Positions 32,757 to 42,058 of a DNA stretch of 64,000 nt are shown here, one piece after another (position 1 is the first letter of the stretch; each line of letters opens with the position of its first letter). A program made the translations under genes and the position numbers. This stretch comes from an uncultured Bacteroidales bacterium (GTDB lineage Bacteria; Bacteroidota; Bacteroidia; Bacteroidales; UBA11471). Below the pieces are notes generated by a model. That model was given only the letters and a program-made list of their open reading frames with translations, searched no databases and was not told the origin of the DNA. The stretch spans positions 22,500-86,499 of the forward strand of contig CALUZW010000005.1 in the NCBI GenBank assembly GCA_944325415.1, written 5' to 3'.

Positions 32757-34295
32757 ATGAAAAAAATTCTACTCTCGATGTTTGCGGCACTGAGTCTATC
32801 TGCTGCCGTACATGCCACAAACGTAAACGTAACGGTAAACAAAAGCGACTACGCGGAGGAGCCCCAAATATCGGGTTTTTCCATCAATGACGCAAATGAT
32901 ATACTGACTGGCGACGCCACTTTGGAATATGGCGTACATGGCACAGGTATATGGTCAATCACCTTTTATGTCAAGGAGGGTACCACCCCCGAAGCACTCG
33001 ATGCATCGGTAACCTCCGACAGTTTTACATTCACCCCCGAAGAGCTCACGGTTACCTATTACGGCACGGCTATCACCGGCGGCTCCATGACAGCCCCCAT
33101 CTCGGAAGGTAATGTACTTTTTATCGTCGGCGATATGCAAATATATGTATACTATGAAGAGGAACAAAGCGCAAATATCCCTTCGGTAAACAACCACGGC
33201 TATCAGATTCCCAACTCCGACTTCGAAAACTGGGTCTCGGACAAGGATCCCGGTAATGGCTGGAACTCTTTTGCCTCGGCTACGGGCGATTATGCCACAT
33301 TCGCATCCATGTCGCCCGCCCCTGTCAAAGTTGAAGGTCGCAACGGAGGTTCGGCTGTAAGACTGAACTCGAAGGATTTATGGCTCGCCAAAGCTAACGG
33401 AAACCTCACCACCGGCACCATCAACATGGGCAACATGACCCCCACCGACACCACCAACCACAACTACACCGATCTCGATAACGAGGGGCACTATCTTCTC
33501 TTTGCCGGCCAGCCCGACTCGGTATGCCTCTATGCCAAATTCATCTCGGGCGGCAGTGAAAATGGCCGCGGACGGTTTATCCTCCACGACAAATACGAAT
33601 ATCACGACCCCGAACTGAGCGGCGACAACAACCACAAAATAGCCGAGGCGGCCGTCCTGATACCGGAAGCCGGCGAATGGACCCGCTACTGTGCACCTTT
33701 CACCTACACGGGTCTTACCGCAGCCGAAGGCGAACAATATATGCTGGCCTCCATTACCACCAACCCCGTGGCCGGAGGTTCCGACAAAGACACCCTCTTC
33801 ATCGACGACATCGCCATGATTTACAACTCCAAACTGAACTCCATCACCATTGCCGATGTTGCCTTGGAAGGATTCGACAAAGAGACATACTCCTACACCG
33901 TAAACGGTGATGTACCGCAGACCACCGATGTAGTTGCCGTCTCCGACGGTAAAGGCGCCCTGGTTTCGACCGAGATTACCGACAATATTCTTACCATTAC
34001 CGTAAAAGGCAACGATATCGCCGTCAATCCCGAGAATGTCCACACCTACACCGTCACGTTCGACAACAGTTCGGCTATCAACGCCGCTACAAGCGAGAAC
34101 ATCGCCATAAGCTATGCCAACGGATTCCTCACCATCAAGGGTGCCACAGGAGAACAGGCCGAAGTTTACACCCTGACCGGCCAACTGATAGCCCAGTTTA
34201 CAGTGGGCAACACCCCGGCTCAGGTATCACTTCGCAGCGGTGCCGCCTACATCGTAAAAACCGGCAATACCCGACAAGTGATTATCGCCCAATAG
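32757..34295 (+). CDS. PCMD (putative carbohydrate metabolism domain) protein with T9SS C-terminal sorting domain
   Basis: 512-aa ORF with a signal peptide. GYQIPNSDFENWVSDKDPGNGWNSF is the PCMD hallmark. The C-terminal ~75 aa (ENIAISYANGFLTIKGATGEQAEVYTLTGQLIAQF...AAYIVKTGNTRQVIIAQ) are CTD-like. Confidence 0.7.
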   Translation: MKKILLSMFAALSLSAAVHATNVNVTVNKSDYAEEPQISGFSINDANDILTGDATLEYGVHGTGIWSITFYVKEGTTPEALDASVTSDSFTFTPEELTVTYYGTAITGGSMTAPISEGNVLFIVGDMQIYVYYEEEQSANIPSVNNHGYQIPNSDFENWVSDKDPGNGWNSFASATGDYATFASMSPAPVKVEGRNGGSAVRLNSKDLWLAKANGNLTTGTINMGNMTPTDTTNHNYTDLDNEGHYLLFAGQPDSVCLYAKFISGGSENGRGRFILHDKYEYHDPELSGDNNHKIAEAAVLIPEAGEWTRYCAPFTYTGLTAAEGEQYMLASITTNPVAGGSDKDTLFIDDIAMIYNSKLNSITIADVALEGFDKETYSYTVNGDVPQTTDVVAVSDGKGALVSTEITDNILTITVKGNDIAVNPENVHTYTVTFDNSSAINAATSENIAISYANGFLTIKGATGEQAEVYTLTGQLIAQFTVGNTPAQVSLRSGAAYIVKTGNTRQVIIAQ

Positions 34296-34318
34296 ACATA
34301 CACATAGCCCCATATCGA

Positions 34319-34354
34319 TTCAGGCGGGTTCTCCATACAGGGAATCCGCCTGAA
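34319..34354 (+). terminator. hairpin after the PCMD gene
   Basis: ttcaggcgg / ccgcctgaa stem with an 18-nt loop, followed by cttttat. Confidence 0.45.
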
Positions 34355-34396
34355 CTTTTATCTCAACATCAACCGCTCTCAATTGATATAATAGAT

Positions 34397-34432
34397 AAAA
34401 AAGAGGCGAGGTATAATTTTATCCTCGCCTCT
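34397..34432 (-). terminator. Rho-independent terminator of ridA
   Basis: On the minus strand, agaggcgagg / cctcgcctct forms a stem followed by a 6-T run. Confidence 0.7.
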
Positions 34433-34454
34433 TCAACATAAAAAATTTCGTCGG

Positions 34455-34835
34455 TTATTTTACGGCAATCACCTCTATCTCGACCAAAGCTCCTTTGGGC
34501 AGTTCCTTGACGGCTACGGCCGAACGGGCAGGAAACGTACCGGTAAACTGCGCGGCATAAACCTCGTTCATCGGGACAAACAGCGACATATCGGCCAGGA
34601 AGACGGTCGTCTTTACCACATCATCAAAGGTGTATCCGGCTTCGGCAAGGACAGCTTTCAGGTTGGCAAAAACCTGTGTTGTCTGCTCCTTGATACCACC
34701 TTCAACAAATTGCGAAGTAGCCGGATCGATAGGTATCTGACCCGAAGTAAAAAGCATATTTCCCACTTTCACGGCCTGACAGTAGGGGCCGATAGCCGCA
34801 GGAGCGGCGGTAGTTGCGATAACGGTTTTCATCAT
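34455..34835 (-). CDS. ridA: RidA (YjgF/YER057c/UK114) family reactive-intermediate deaminase
   Basis: 126-aa ORF with APAAIGPYCQAV..GN.LFTSGQIP and PARSAV.V..LPKGALVEIE. Confidence 0.9.
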   Translation of the reverse strand: MMKTVIATTAAPAAIGPYCQAVKVGNMLFTSGQIPIDPATSQFVEGGIKEQTTQVFANLKAVLAEAGYTFDDVVKTTVFLADMSLFVPMNEVYAAQFTGTFPARSAVAVKELPKGALVEIEVIAVK

Positions 34836-35108
34836 TCAAAAAATTTGGAATTGGTAGGGACAAAGATAAAATTTTTCGTTCATTTTACGACTGGGTATGT
34901 CGATTTTTTGTCCACATGACGGTCTAAAAATCCACCTGACAGAGTTTCCTATCACTTCGTGGCAGCTACTAATCATAATAAACAGCTATAATACAAAGGG
35001 CTATCAAGAATATTCGAAAAAAGAAAAAAAGACCGATTTTTACTTTTCTGATATTATCAAAAAAATGTATCTTTACAGCGAAAGATAACTATATAAAAGC
35101 AAAAGAGT

Positions 35109-36596
35109 ATGTATTTATTAGGATACGACATAGGCAGTTCATCGGTCAAAGCCTCGCTTGTCGACGCACAGACCGGAATATGCGTGGCCAGTGATTTCTC
35201 GCCCAAACAGGAAATGGAAATCATCGCCAGAAAAAACGGATGGGCCGAGCAAGACCCCGAACAGTGGTGGACCAACCTGCAAGCTGCCACCCACTCCATT
35301 CTGAGCCAGGCCAACATCGACGGCGCAGAGATAAAAGCAATCGGTATCTCCTACCAGATGCACGGCCTCATCGTCGTCGACAAAGACAAAAACGTACTGC
35401 GCCCCGCCATTATCTGGTGCGACAGCCGGGCAGTTCCTTACGGAGAAAAAGCCTTCCACTCGCTGGGCGAACAGTTCTGCCTTGAACACCTGCTCAACTC
35501 TCCGGGCAACTTTACAGCCTCGAAACTGGCCTGGATAAAAGAGAACGAGCCCGAGATTTTTGAAAAAATCGACAAAATCATGCTGCCGGGCGACTATATC
35601 GCCATGCGGCTGACCGGCGAAATATGCACCACCGTATCGGGTCTCTCCGAGGGCATCTTCTGGGATTTCAAGAACGAATGTGTATCCAAGGAGTTACTCG
35701 CCCACTACGGATTCGACGAAAGTATCATCGCCACGATTGTTCCCACCTTTGGTGTACAGGGAGCCGTCAGCAGCCACGCCGCCCAGCTACTGGGTCTCAC
35801 CCCCGGCACGCCGGTAACCTACCGGGCCGGAGACCAGCCCAACAACGCCCTCTCACTCAACGTATTCAATCCCGGCGAGATTGCCTCTACTGCCGGAACA
35901 TCGGGCGTGGTATACGGTATCAACGGCTCGGTCAACTACGACCCTCTGTCGCGTGTCAACACCTTTGCCCACGTCAACCACAAGAAGGGTCAGACCCGCC
36001 TGGGCGTTCTGCTCTGTATCAACGGCACCGGTATTCTCAACTCGTGGATAAAACGGAATGTAGCCCCCGAAGACACCTCTTATGCCAGCATGAACCTGCT
36101 GGCCTCGCAGGTAGGCATCGGATGCGACGGCGTGAGCATTGTACCCTTCGGCAACGGAGCCGAACGCATACTCCAAAACAAAGAGGTAGGCGCATCGATT
36201 CATGGCCTCAACTACAACCGGCACGACCGTTACCACCTCATGAGAGCCGCCCAGGAAGGTATCGTGTTCTCGTTTAAATACGGTATGGAAATCATGCAGG
36301 GCATCGGTATCGACATACGCACGATAAAAGCAGGACATGCCAACATGTTCCTCAGCCCCATCTTCCGCGATACGCTAGCCGGCGTTACCGAGGCTACCAT
36401 CGAACTCTACGATACCGACGGCTCGGTAGGTGCAGCCAAAGGTGCCGGTATCGGAGCCGGTATATACAAATCGACCGAAGAGGCCTTCTCCTCTCTCAAA
36501 AAAATACAGGTCATCGAACCCGACACCCGCAACGTAGAGGCCTACAAAGAGGCCTACGCCCGGTGGAAAAACATTGTAGAAAACCTTATCAAATAA
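35109..36596 (+). CDS. xylB: xylulokinase (FGGY family)
   Basis: 495-aa ORF with MYLLGYDIGSSSVKASL, GISYQMHG and GGGA-type C-terminal motifs. It lies directly upstream of xylA. Confidence 0.85.
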   Translation: MYLLGYDIGSSSVKASLVDAQTGICVASDFSPKQEMEIIARKNGWAEQDPEQWWTNLQAATHSILSQANIDGAEIKAIGISYQMHGLIVVDKDKNVLRPAIIWCDSRAVPYGEKAFHSLGEQFCLEHLLNSPGNFTASKLAWIKENEPEIFEKIDKIMLPGDYIAMRLTGEICTTVSGLSEGIFWDFKNECVSKELLAHYGFDESIIATIVPTFGVQGAVSSHAAQLLGLTPGTPVTYRAGDQPNNALSLNVFNPGEIASTAGTSGVVYGINGSVNYDPLSRVNTFAHVNHKKGQTRLGVLLCINGTGILNSWIKRNVAPEDTSYASMNLLASQVGIGCDGVSIVPFGNGAERILQNKEVGASIHGLNYNRHDRYHLMRAAQEGIVFSFKYGMEIMQGIGIDIRTIKAGHANMFLSPIFRDTLAGVTEATIELYDTDGSVGAAKGAGIGAGIYKSTEEAFSSLKKIQVIEPDTRNVEAYKEAYARWKNIVENLIK

Positions 36597-36623
36597 TCAA
36601 ATCCATACAAATAACACAAAACT

Positions 36624-37940
36624 ATGGCAACAAAAGAGTACTTTCCTCAGATAGGAAAAATCAAATTTGAAGGAAAAGAGAGTAAAAACCCGATGGCTTT
36701 CCGTTACTACGACGCCGAGAAAGTCATCAATGGCAAAAAAATGAAAGACTGGCTGCGCTTCTCCATGGCCTGGTGGCACACCCTCTGCGCCGAAGGCGGC
36801 GACCAGTTCGGCGGCGGAACGAAAAAATTCCCCTGGAACGAAGGAGCTACCGCCCTGGAACGTGCCAAAAACAAAATGGACGCCGGTTTTGAAATCATGC
36901 AGAAAATGGGTATCGAATTCTACTGCTTCCACGACGTAGACCTCATCGAAGAAGGAAACAGCATCGAAGAATACGAAGCCAACTTGAAAGCAATCGTGGC
37001 CTACGCCAAACAGAAACAGGCCGAGACCGGCATCAAACTGCTGTGGGGTACCGCCAACGTATTCGGCCACGCCCGCTACATGAACGGTGCCGCCACCAAC
37101 CCCGACTTCGACGTTGTGGCCCGTGCTGCCGTACAAATCAAGAATGCCATCGACGCCACTATCGAACTCGGCGGCTCGAACTATGTATTCTGGGGTGGTC
37201 GCGAAGGTTACATGTCGCTGCTCAACACCGACCAGAAACGCGAAAAAGAGCACCTGGCCATGATGCTTACCATCGCCCGTGACTATGCACGCGCCAAAGG
37301 CTTCAAAGGTACCTTCCTCATCGAGCCCAAACCCATGGAACCGACCAAACACCAATACGATGTCGACACCGAAACCGTTGTCGGATTCCTCAAAGCCCAC
37401 GGTCTTGACAAAGACTTCAAGGTAAACATCGAGGTAAACCACGCCACACTGGCCGGCCACACCTTCGAACACGAACTGGCCGTAGCCGTAGACAACGGCA
37501 TGCTCGGCTCCATCGACGCCAACCGCGGTGATTACCAGAACGGCTGGGATACCGACCAGTTCCCCATCGACAACTACGAGCTCACCCAGGCCATGATGCA
37601 AATCATTCGCAACGGTGGTCTCGGCAACGGCGGTACCAACTTCGATGCCAAAACCCGTCGTAACTCGACCGACCTCGAAGATATCTTCATCGCCCACATC
37701 GCCGGTATGGACGCCATGGCTCGTGCCCTCGAAAGCGCTGCTGCCCTGCTCAACGAGTCGCCCTACAAGAAAATGCTGGCCGACCGCTACGCTTCGTTCG
37801 ACACAGGCAAGGGCAAAGAGTTTGAAGAAGGAAAACTCAAACTCGAAGACGTTGTCGCCTATGCCAAAGCCAAAGGCGAACCCAAACAGACCAGCGGCAA
37901 ACAGGAGCTCTACGAGGCTATCCTCAATATGTATTGCTAA
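36624..37940 (+). CDS. xylA: xylose isomerase
   Basis: 438-aa ORF with [28 protein letters not shown] and [13 protein letters not shown] signatures. Confidence 0.97.
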   Translation: MATKEYFPQIGKIKFEGKESKNPMAFRYYDAEKVINGKKMKDWLRFSMAWWHTLCAEGGDQFGGGTKKFPWNEGATALERAKNKMDAGFEIMQKMGIEFYCFHDVDLIEEGNSIEEYEANLKAIVAYAKQKQAETGIKLLWGTANVFGHARYMNGAATNPDFDVVARAAVQIKNAIDATIELGGSNYVFWGGREGYMSLLNTDQKREKEHLAMMLTIARDYARAKGFKGTFLIEPKPMEPTKHQYDVDTETVVGFLKAHGLDKDFKVNIEVNHATLAGHTFEHELAVAVDNGMLGSIDANRGDYQNGWDTDQFPIDNYELTQAMMQIIRNGGLGNGGTNFDAKTRRNSTDLEDIFIAHIAGMDAMARALESAAALLNESPYKKMLADRYASFDTGKGKEFEEGKLKLEDVVAYAKAKGEPKQTSGKQELYEAILNMYC

Positions 37941-38060
37941 TTAGCCGCATAAGCTTTGATAATCGGTGTTTGGTAGCAGAACCGGCATCAGCCGGCTCTG
38001 CTATCGGACACTTTATCGCAACCCTAAAATTCAACCCCCTAAATCAAAAGACTTAATATC

Positions 38061-39536
38061 ATGAATTACGCAGAAAAAGGCAACAAAGCCTACCTTATAT
38101 CCATCGTCATGGTGGCCGTCATCGGAGGCTTGTTGTTCGGTTATGATACGGCCGTCATCTCCGGCGCCGACAAAGGCTTGCAAGCCTTCTTCATGGGAGC
38201 AAAAGACTTTGTCTACTCCGACGCCATCCATGGCTTCACCGCATCGAGCGCGCTCATCGGTTGCATCATAGGTAGTGCCCTCTCGGGTTTCTTTGCCTCA
38301 AATTTCGGACGAAAAAAATCTCTTTTCATTGCCGGCGTCCTCTTTTTCCTCTCGGCCCTCGGCTCATACTACCCCGAGTTCCTCTTCTTTGAATACGGCA
38401 AGCCCACCTACCCGCTGCTCGTCGCATTCAACTTCTACCGCATATTGGGAGGTGTCGGTGTCGGACTGGCATCGGCCATCTGCCCCATGTATATCGCCGA
38501 GATAGCTCCGAGCAACATACGAGGCACCTTGGTATCGTGGAACCAGTTTGCCATCATCTTCGGACAGTTGGTGGTCTATTTTGTCAACTTCCTGATTCTG
38601 GGCGACAACATCAACCCCGTCATCAAAGCCATCGACGGCATCAACCAGATTCTGAACCCGGCCGAGTCTATCTGGGCCACCGAAACCGGCTGGCGTCTGA
38701 TGTTTGTGAGCGAAGCTTTCCCCGCCGGACTCTTCACCCTGCTGGTACTCTTCGTGCCCGAGACACCGCGCTATCTGGCCATGAGCGGCAACGACGACAA
38801 AGCCCTCGCGGTACTGAGCCGCATCAACGGTATCACCCAGGCCCGCGCCATCTTGGCCGAAATCAAGGCCACGGCCCACGAAAAGACCGAGAAGCTGTTT
38901 ACATACGGCTGGCTGGTCATCTTCATCGGTATCATGCTCAGCGTGTTCCAACAGGCCGTAGGTATCAACGCCGTACTCTATTTTGCCCCCCGCATATTCG
39001 AGAGCATGGGTATGGGCAACCCCATGATACAGACCGTCATTATGGGTATCGTCAACATCACCTTCACCCTCGTTGCCGTATTCACGGTCGAGAAGCTGGG
39101 CCGCAAGCCGCTGCTTATCACCGGCTCCATAGGTATGGCCATCGGCGCCCTGATGGTAGCCCTGTGCAACCTAGTAACCCTGCCTCCCATCGTGTCGGTA
39201 GTCAGCATCATGATCTACTCGGCCTCGTTCATGTTCTCATGGGGACCCATCTGCTGGGTACTCATTGCCGAAATCTTCCCCAACACCATACGTGGTGCGG
39301 CCGTAGCCATAGCCGTAGCCTTCCAATGGATATTCAACTTCATCGTATCGTCGACCTTCGTACCCATGTATAACATGACGGCCGGCGACATGGGCGAGAA
39401 GTTCGGCCACATGTTTGCCTACGCCCTTTACGGCATCATCTGCGTCATCGCCGCCATCTTTGTATGGAAGCTCGTTCCCGAGACCAAAGGCAAAACGCTC
39501 GAAGACATGAACAAACTGTGGAAAAAAGAGAAATAA
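38061..39536 (+). CDS. xylE: MFS sugar porter, probable D-xylose:H+ symporter
   Basis: 491-aa 12-TM ORF with GRKKSL, PETPRYL and PETKGKTLEDM sugar-porter motifs. Substrate is inferred from operon context only. Confidence 0.8.
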   Translation: MNYAEKGNKAYLISIVMVAVIGGLLFGYDTAVISGADKGLQAFFMGAKDFVYSDAIHGFTASSALIGCIIGSALSGFFASNFGRKKSLFIAGVLFFLSALGSYYPEFLFFEYGKPTYPLLVAFNFYRILGGVGVGLASAICPMYIAEIAPSNIRGTLVSWNQFAIIFGQLVVYFVNFLILGDNINPVIKAIDGINQILNPAESIWATETGWRLMFVSEAFPAGLFTLLVLFVPETPRYLAMSGNDDKALAVLSRINGITQARAILAEIKATAHEKTEKLFTYGWLVIFIGIMLSVFQQAVGINAVLYFAPRIFESMGMGNPMIQTVIMGIVNITFTLVAVFTVEKLGRKPLLITGSIGMAIGALMVALCNLVTLPPIVSVVSIMIYSASFMFSWGPICWVLIAEIFPNTIRGAAVAIAVAFQWIFNFIVSSTFVPMYNMTAGDMGEKFGHMFAYALYGIICVIAAIFVWKLVPETKGKTLEDMNKLWKKEK

Positions 39537-39562
39537 GAGCGGCATCCGCCCTTCTCTTACAA

Positions 39563-39602
39563 AGAGAGAGCCCGGACTGGTTTGTCCGGGCTCTCTCTTT
39601 TT
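39563..39602. terminator. bidirectional hairpin between convergent genes
   Basis: Perfect 15-bp stem agagagagcccggac / gtccgggctctctct plus a T run. Confidence 0.8.
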
Positions 39603-39622
39603 CATGAACATTATCCCTGCAC

Positions 39623-39997
39623 TCAATCGGGAACAACCGTCCGACCGAAAGGGAACATAGCCACCCGCATAAGCTTGAAATGCTGCAAGCCGAACGGTAT
39701 ACCCACAACGGTAATACAGAAAATCAGCCCCCAGAGAAGATGGCTCAGAGCAATCCATATACCGCCGATAAAAATCCATATCACATTCATGATAATTTCG
39801 AGGCAACCCCTACTGCCGCCTTCGACAACAGAGGTCTGCCCGAAAGGCAATAGCGCCAGAATTCCGATTTTGAAAACCTGCAAGCCAAAGGGTATGCCGA
39901 TAATGGTGCAGCAAAGGACAAAGCCTGCCACAAAATACTCGACAGCCATCATGAAACCGCCGAAAACAATCCAAATGATATTTCCCATTGTACGCAT
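39623..39997 (-). CDS. yccF: YccF-domain inner membrane protein
   Basis: 124-aa ORF with duplicated GNIIW..FGG...A......G...C.TIIGIPFGLQ.FK motif. Confidence 0.85.
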   Translation of the reverse strand: MRTMGNIIWIVFGGFMMAVEYFVAGFVLCCTIIGIPFGLQVFKIGILALLPFGQTSVVEGGSRGCLEIIMNVIWIFIGGIWIALSHLLWGLIFCITVVGIPFGLQHFKLMRVAMFPFGRTVVPD

Positions 39998-40009
39998 AAA
40001 AGGGTGATT

Positions 40010-41389
40010 TTAAAATGATTCGTTTTTTTCATTATCCACCGAGCGACCAAACGTCAAATCCTTGATGAGTATCTCTTCTCCTTTCTGATACATCTTTTCG
40101 CGGGTATCGAGCATGGCCCACCATTGCTTGTGATAGACGCGCCGGTCGATTTTGAAATTCTCCGAACCGCTACGGTCGAGTCGGCGCATGAGCATACCCA
40201 CACTCAATTTTGAGACGTCGATGGCCGGCATATAAGCCCACACACGTTCGTCGGAGGTGGGAGTACCCCGAATGATTTTTGCCTCCATGAGTTGCTGCAA
40301 AACCTGTCCGGTAAGACGCACGGGAATACGGCAGAACGAGGCTATCTGATGCCGGGTAAGGGGTGTCTCGCCCCGCACGAAACGCTGCACGACAACCGTT
40401 GCTACAATGAGAATGACAAAATCCTTGTAGCGCCGGCTGATAGTCTTGATATCCTTGTCGAAATTGAATTTCTCGACATTCTGAGACGAATAGGAAAGCA
40501 CCGCCCCGAAGAGGCATATCAGCCAAGAAAACCACATCCACAAAAGGAAAAGCAACAAAAATGCGAAACTGCCGTATATGGCGTTGTAACGCGACACCCA
40601 CACCTGACCGTTGATATATATAATCTGCAACAGTTGGAACGACAGGCCGCATATCACTCCCGATACCAGCGCATTCCAGAACTTGACACGCGTGTTGGGC
40701 ACCAGCATATACAACGCCGTAAAGACGATACAGGTGAGCAGATAGGGACTCACCGCCAGTGCCACACGCAGCACGGGACTCAGAAATGCCAGCATGGGGC
40801 GGGTATCGATGCCCGAAGTCACGAATATCGATAAACCTGCGGCCACAATCATCAGCACCGGCAGCAGCACCATGATGGCGATATAATCGACGATTTTGCG
40901 GTATATCGACCGCTGCTTGGACACCTGCCAGATGTCGTTGAACGTTGTCTCTACACTATTCAGCAGGCTCACCACCGACCAGATGAGGAAGATGATACCC
41001 ACCCCCACAAAGATTCCGTCTTTGGTGTGAGAGAGGTAAGAGTCGACAAAGGTCATGGCCTGTTCGAGTGCCTCGCGCTGCGCCGGGAAATAGTCGAACA
41101 GCTGACTCTGCACGATGGCCTGGAAGCCAAACCCTTTGGCCACGGCAAAAACCAGTGCCAGTGCCGGCACCACCGCCAGCAGTGTACTGAATGTGAGCGC
41201 CGCAGCCTTGGATTGCAGGTCGTCGGCCAGGAAACGCTGTACCGAAAGGTAAATGGTCTTTACGAGGTTGATGAGACGATGGCGGTTGACCGAAACTTCA
41301 TTTCCGGTAATACGCCACATATCGTAGATGATAAAACGATAGGTGCGAAGGAAAATAATGCGCCACTTCTTTTGTTTTGTTACGGCCAT
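40010..41389 (-). CDS. YihY/BrkB family membrane protein with C-terminal winged-helix-like extension
   Basis: 459-aa ORF. The N-terminal ~300 aa are a 6-TM YihY core (AAALTFSTLLAVVPALA...). The C-terminal ~150 aa are soluble with an Rrf2/wHTH-like stretch TRHQIASFCRIPVRLTGQVLQQLMEAKII. Confidence 0.75.
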   Translation of the reverse strand: MAVTKQKKWRIIFLRTYRFIIYDMWRITGNEVSVNRHRLINLVKTIYLSVQRFLADDLQSKAAALTFSTLLAVVPALALVFAVAKGFGFQAIVQSQLFDYFPAQREALEQAMTFVDSYLSHTKDGIFVGVGIIFLIWSVVSLLNSVETTFNDIWQVSKQRSIYRKIVDYIAIMVLLPVLMIVAAGLSIFVTSGIDTRPMLAFLSPVLRVALAVSPYLLTCIVFTALYMLVPNTRVKFWNALVSGVICGLSFQLLQIIYINGQVWVSRYNAIYGSFAFLLLFLLWMWFSWLICLFGAVLSYSSQNVEKFNFDKDIKTISRRYKDFVILIVATVVVQRFVRGETPLTRHQIASFCRIPVRLTGQVLQQLMEAKIIRGTPTSDERVWAYMPAIDVSKLSVGMLMRRLDRSGSENFKIDRRVYHKQWWAMLDTREKMYQKGEEILIKDLTFGRSVDNEKNESF

Positions 41390-41415
41390 GGCGATTTTAT
41401 TTTATAATAAAAAAA

Positions 41416-41764
41416 CAGCAGGACGATAAGCCGGGTTCTGTACTTTCCCGAGAGAAAGTGTCTGTCATTTATCTAGCCTTTGCGTTGCCGCAAAGATCGA
41501 GCGGTTTACCCCCCGGCATGGGACGAGCAGCCCTCATAACGCCGGTGTACATAACCTTGCAACCCATAAGACGTACGGCTCTCTGTGTCGCCACAAAGAC
41601 CGGTAAGCTCTTACCTCACCTTTTCACCCTTACTGCCGAAGCAGCGGTTATTTTCTGTTACGCTACTCTGCCCTCGCGGACAGCTTCCCGTTAAGAAATA
41701 TGGTGCTCTGTGTTGCCCGGACTTTCCTCTCACGTTGCCGCGAGCGACAGACTGTCCTGCTGCT
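41416..41764 (-). ncRNA. rnpB: RNase P RNA (bacterial type A)
   Basis: The minus strand contains GAGGAAAGUCCGGGC (complement of gcccggactttcctc at ~41714-41728), GGUAAGAGCUUACCGG, AGAUAAAUGACAG and ACAGAACCCGGCUUAU. P1 pairs GCAGCAGGAC (5') with GUCCUGCUG (3'). The 5' end falls 7 nt after a -7 box. Confidence 0.9.
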
Positions 41765-41770
41765 AAAAGG

Positions 41771-41778
41771 CAAAGATA
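41771..41778 (-). promoter_or_regulatory. -7 promoter box for rnpB
   Basis: Minus-strand tatctttg ends 7 nt upstream of the predicted mature 5' end of RNase P RNA. Confidence 0.55.
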
Positions 41779-42058
41779 GAACATTTCGCTCGTTTTGCCA
41801 ATATCTTTCGTAAAATATCCGATAAAAAACGGCGCTCACTGCCAAACTGCCCGTTTACCGGCCGGCAATCTGCCGCCGATGACAAAATGGCGCACTTTGA
41901 AATCGCCCTCGGTTAAGGGCTGTTAAGCCCCCAAGTGGCTATATTAAAAATCGCTAAGTCTTACAATAAAGCGAAACATCGGCACGTATATTGTATTAAA
42001 TTTAACGCATCGAAATCTTAAAACAAGAACAGTATTAACAAATAAAACCAATACCGAC

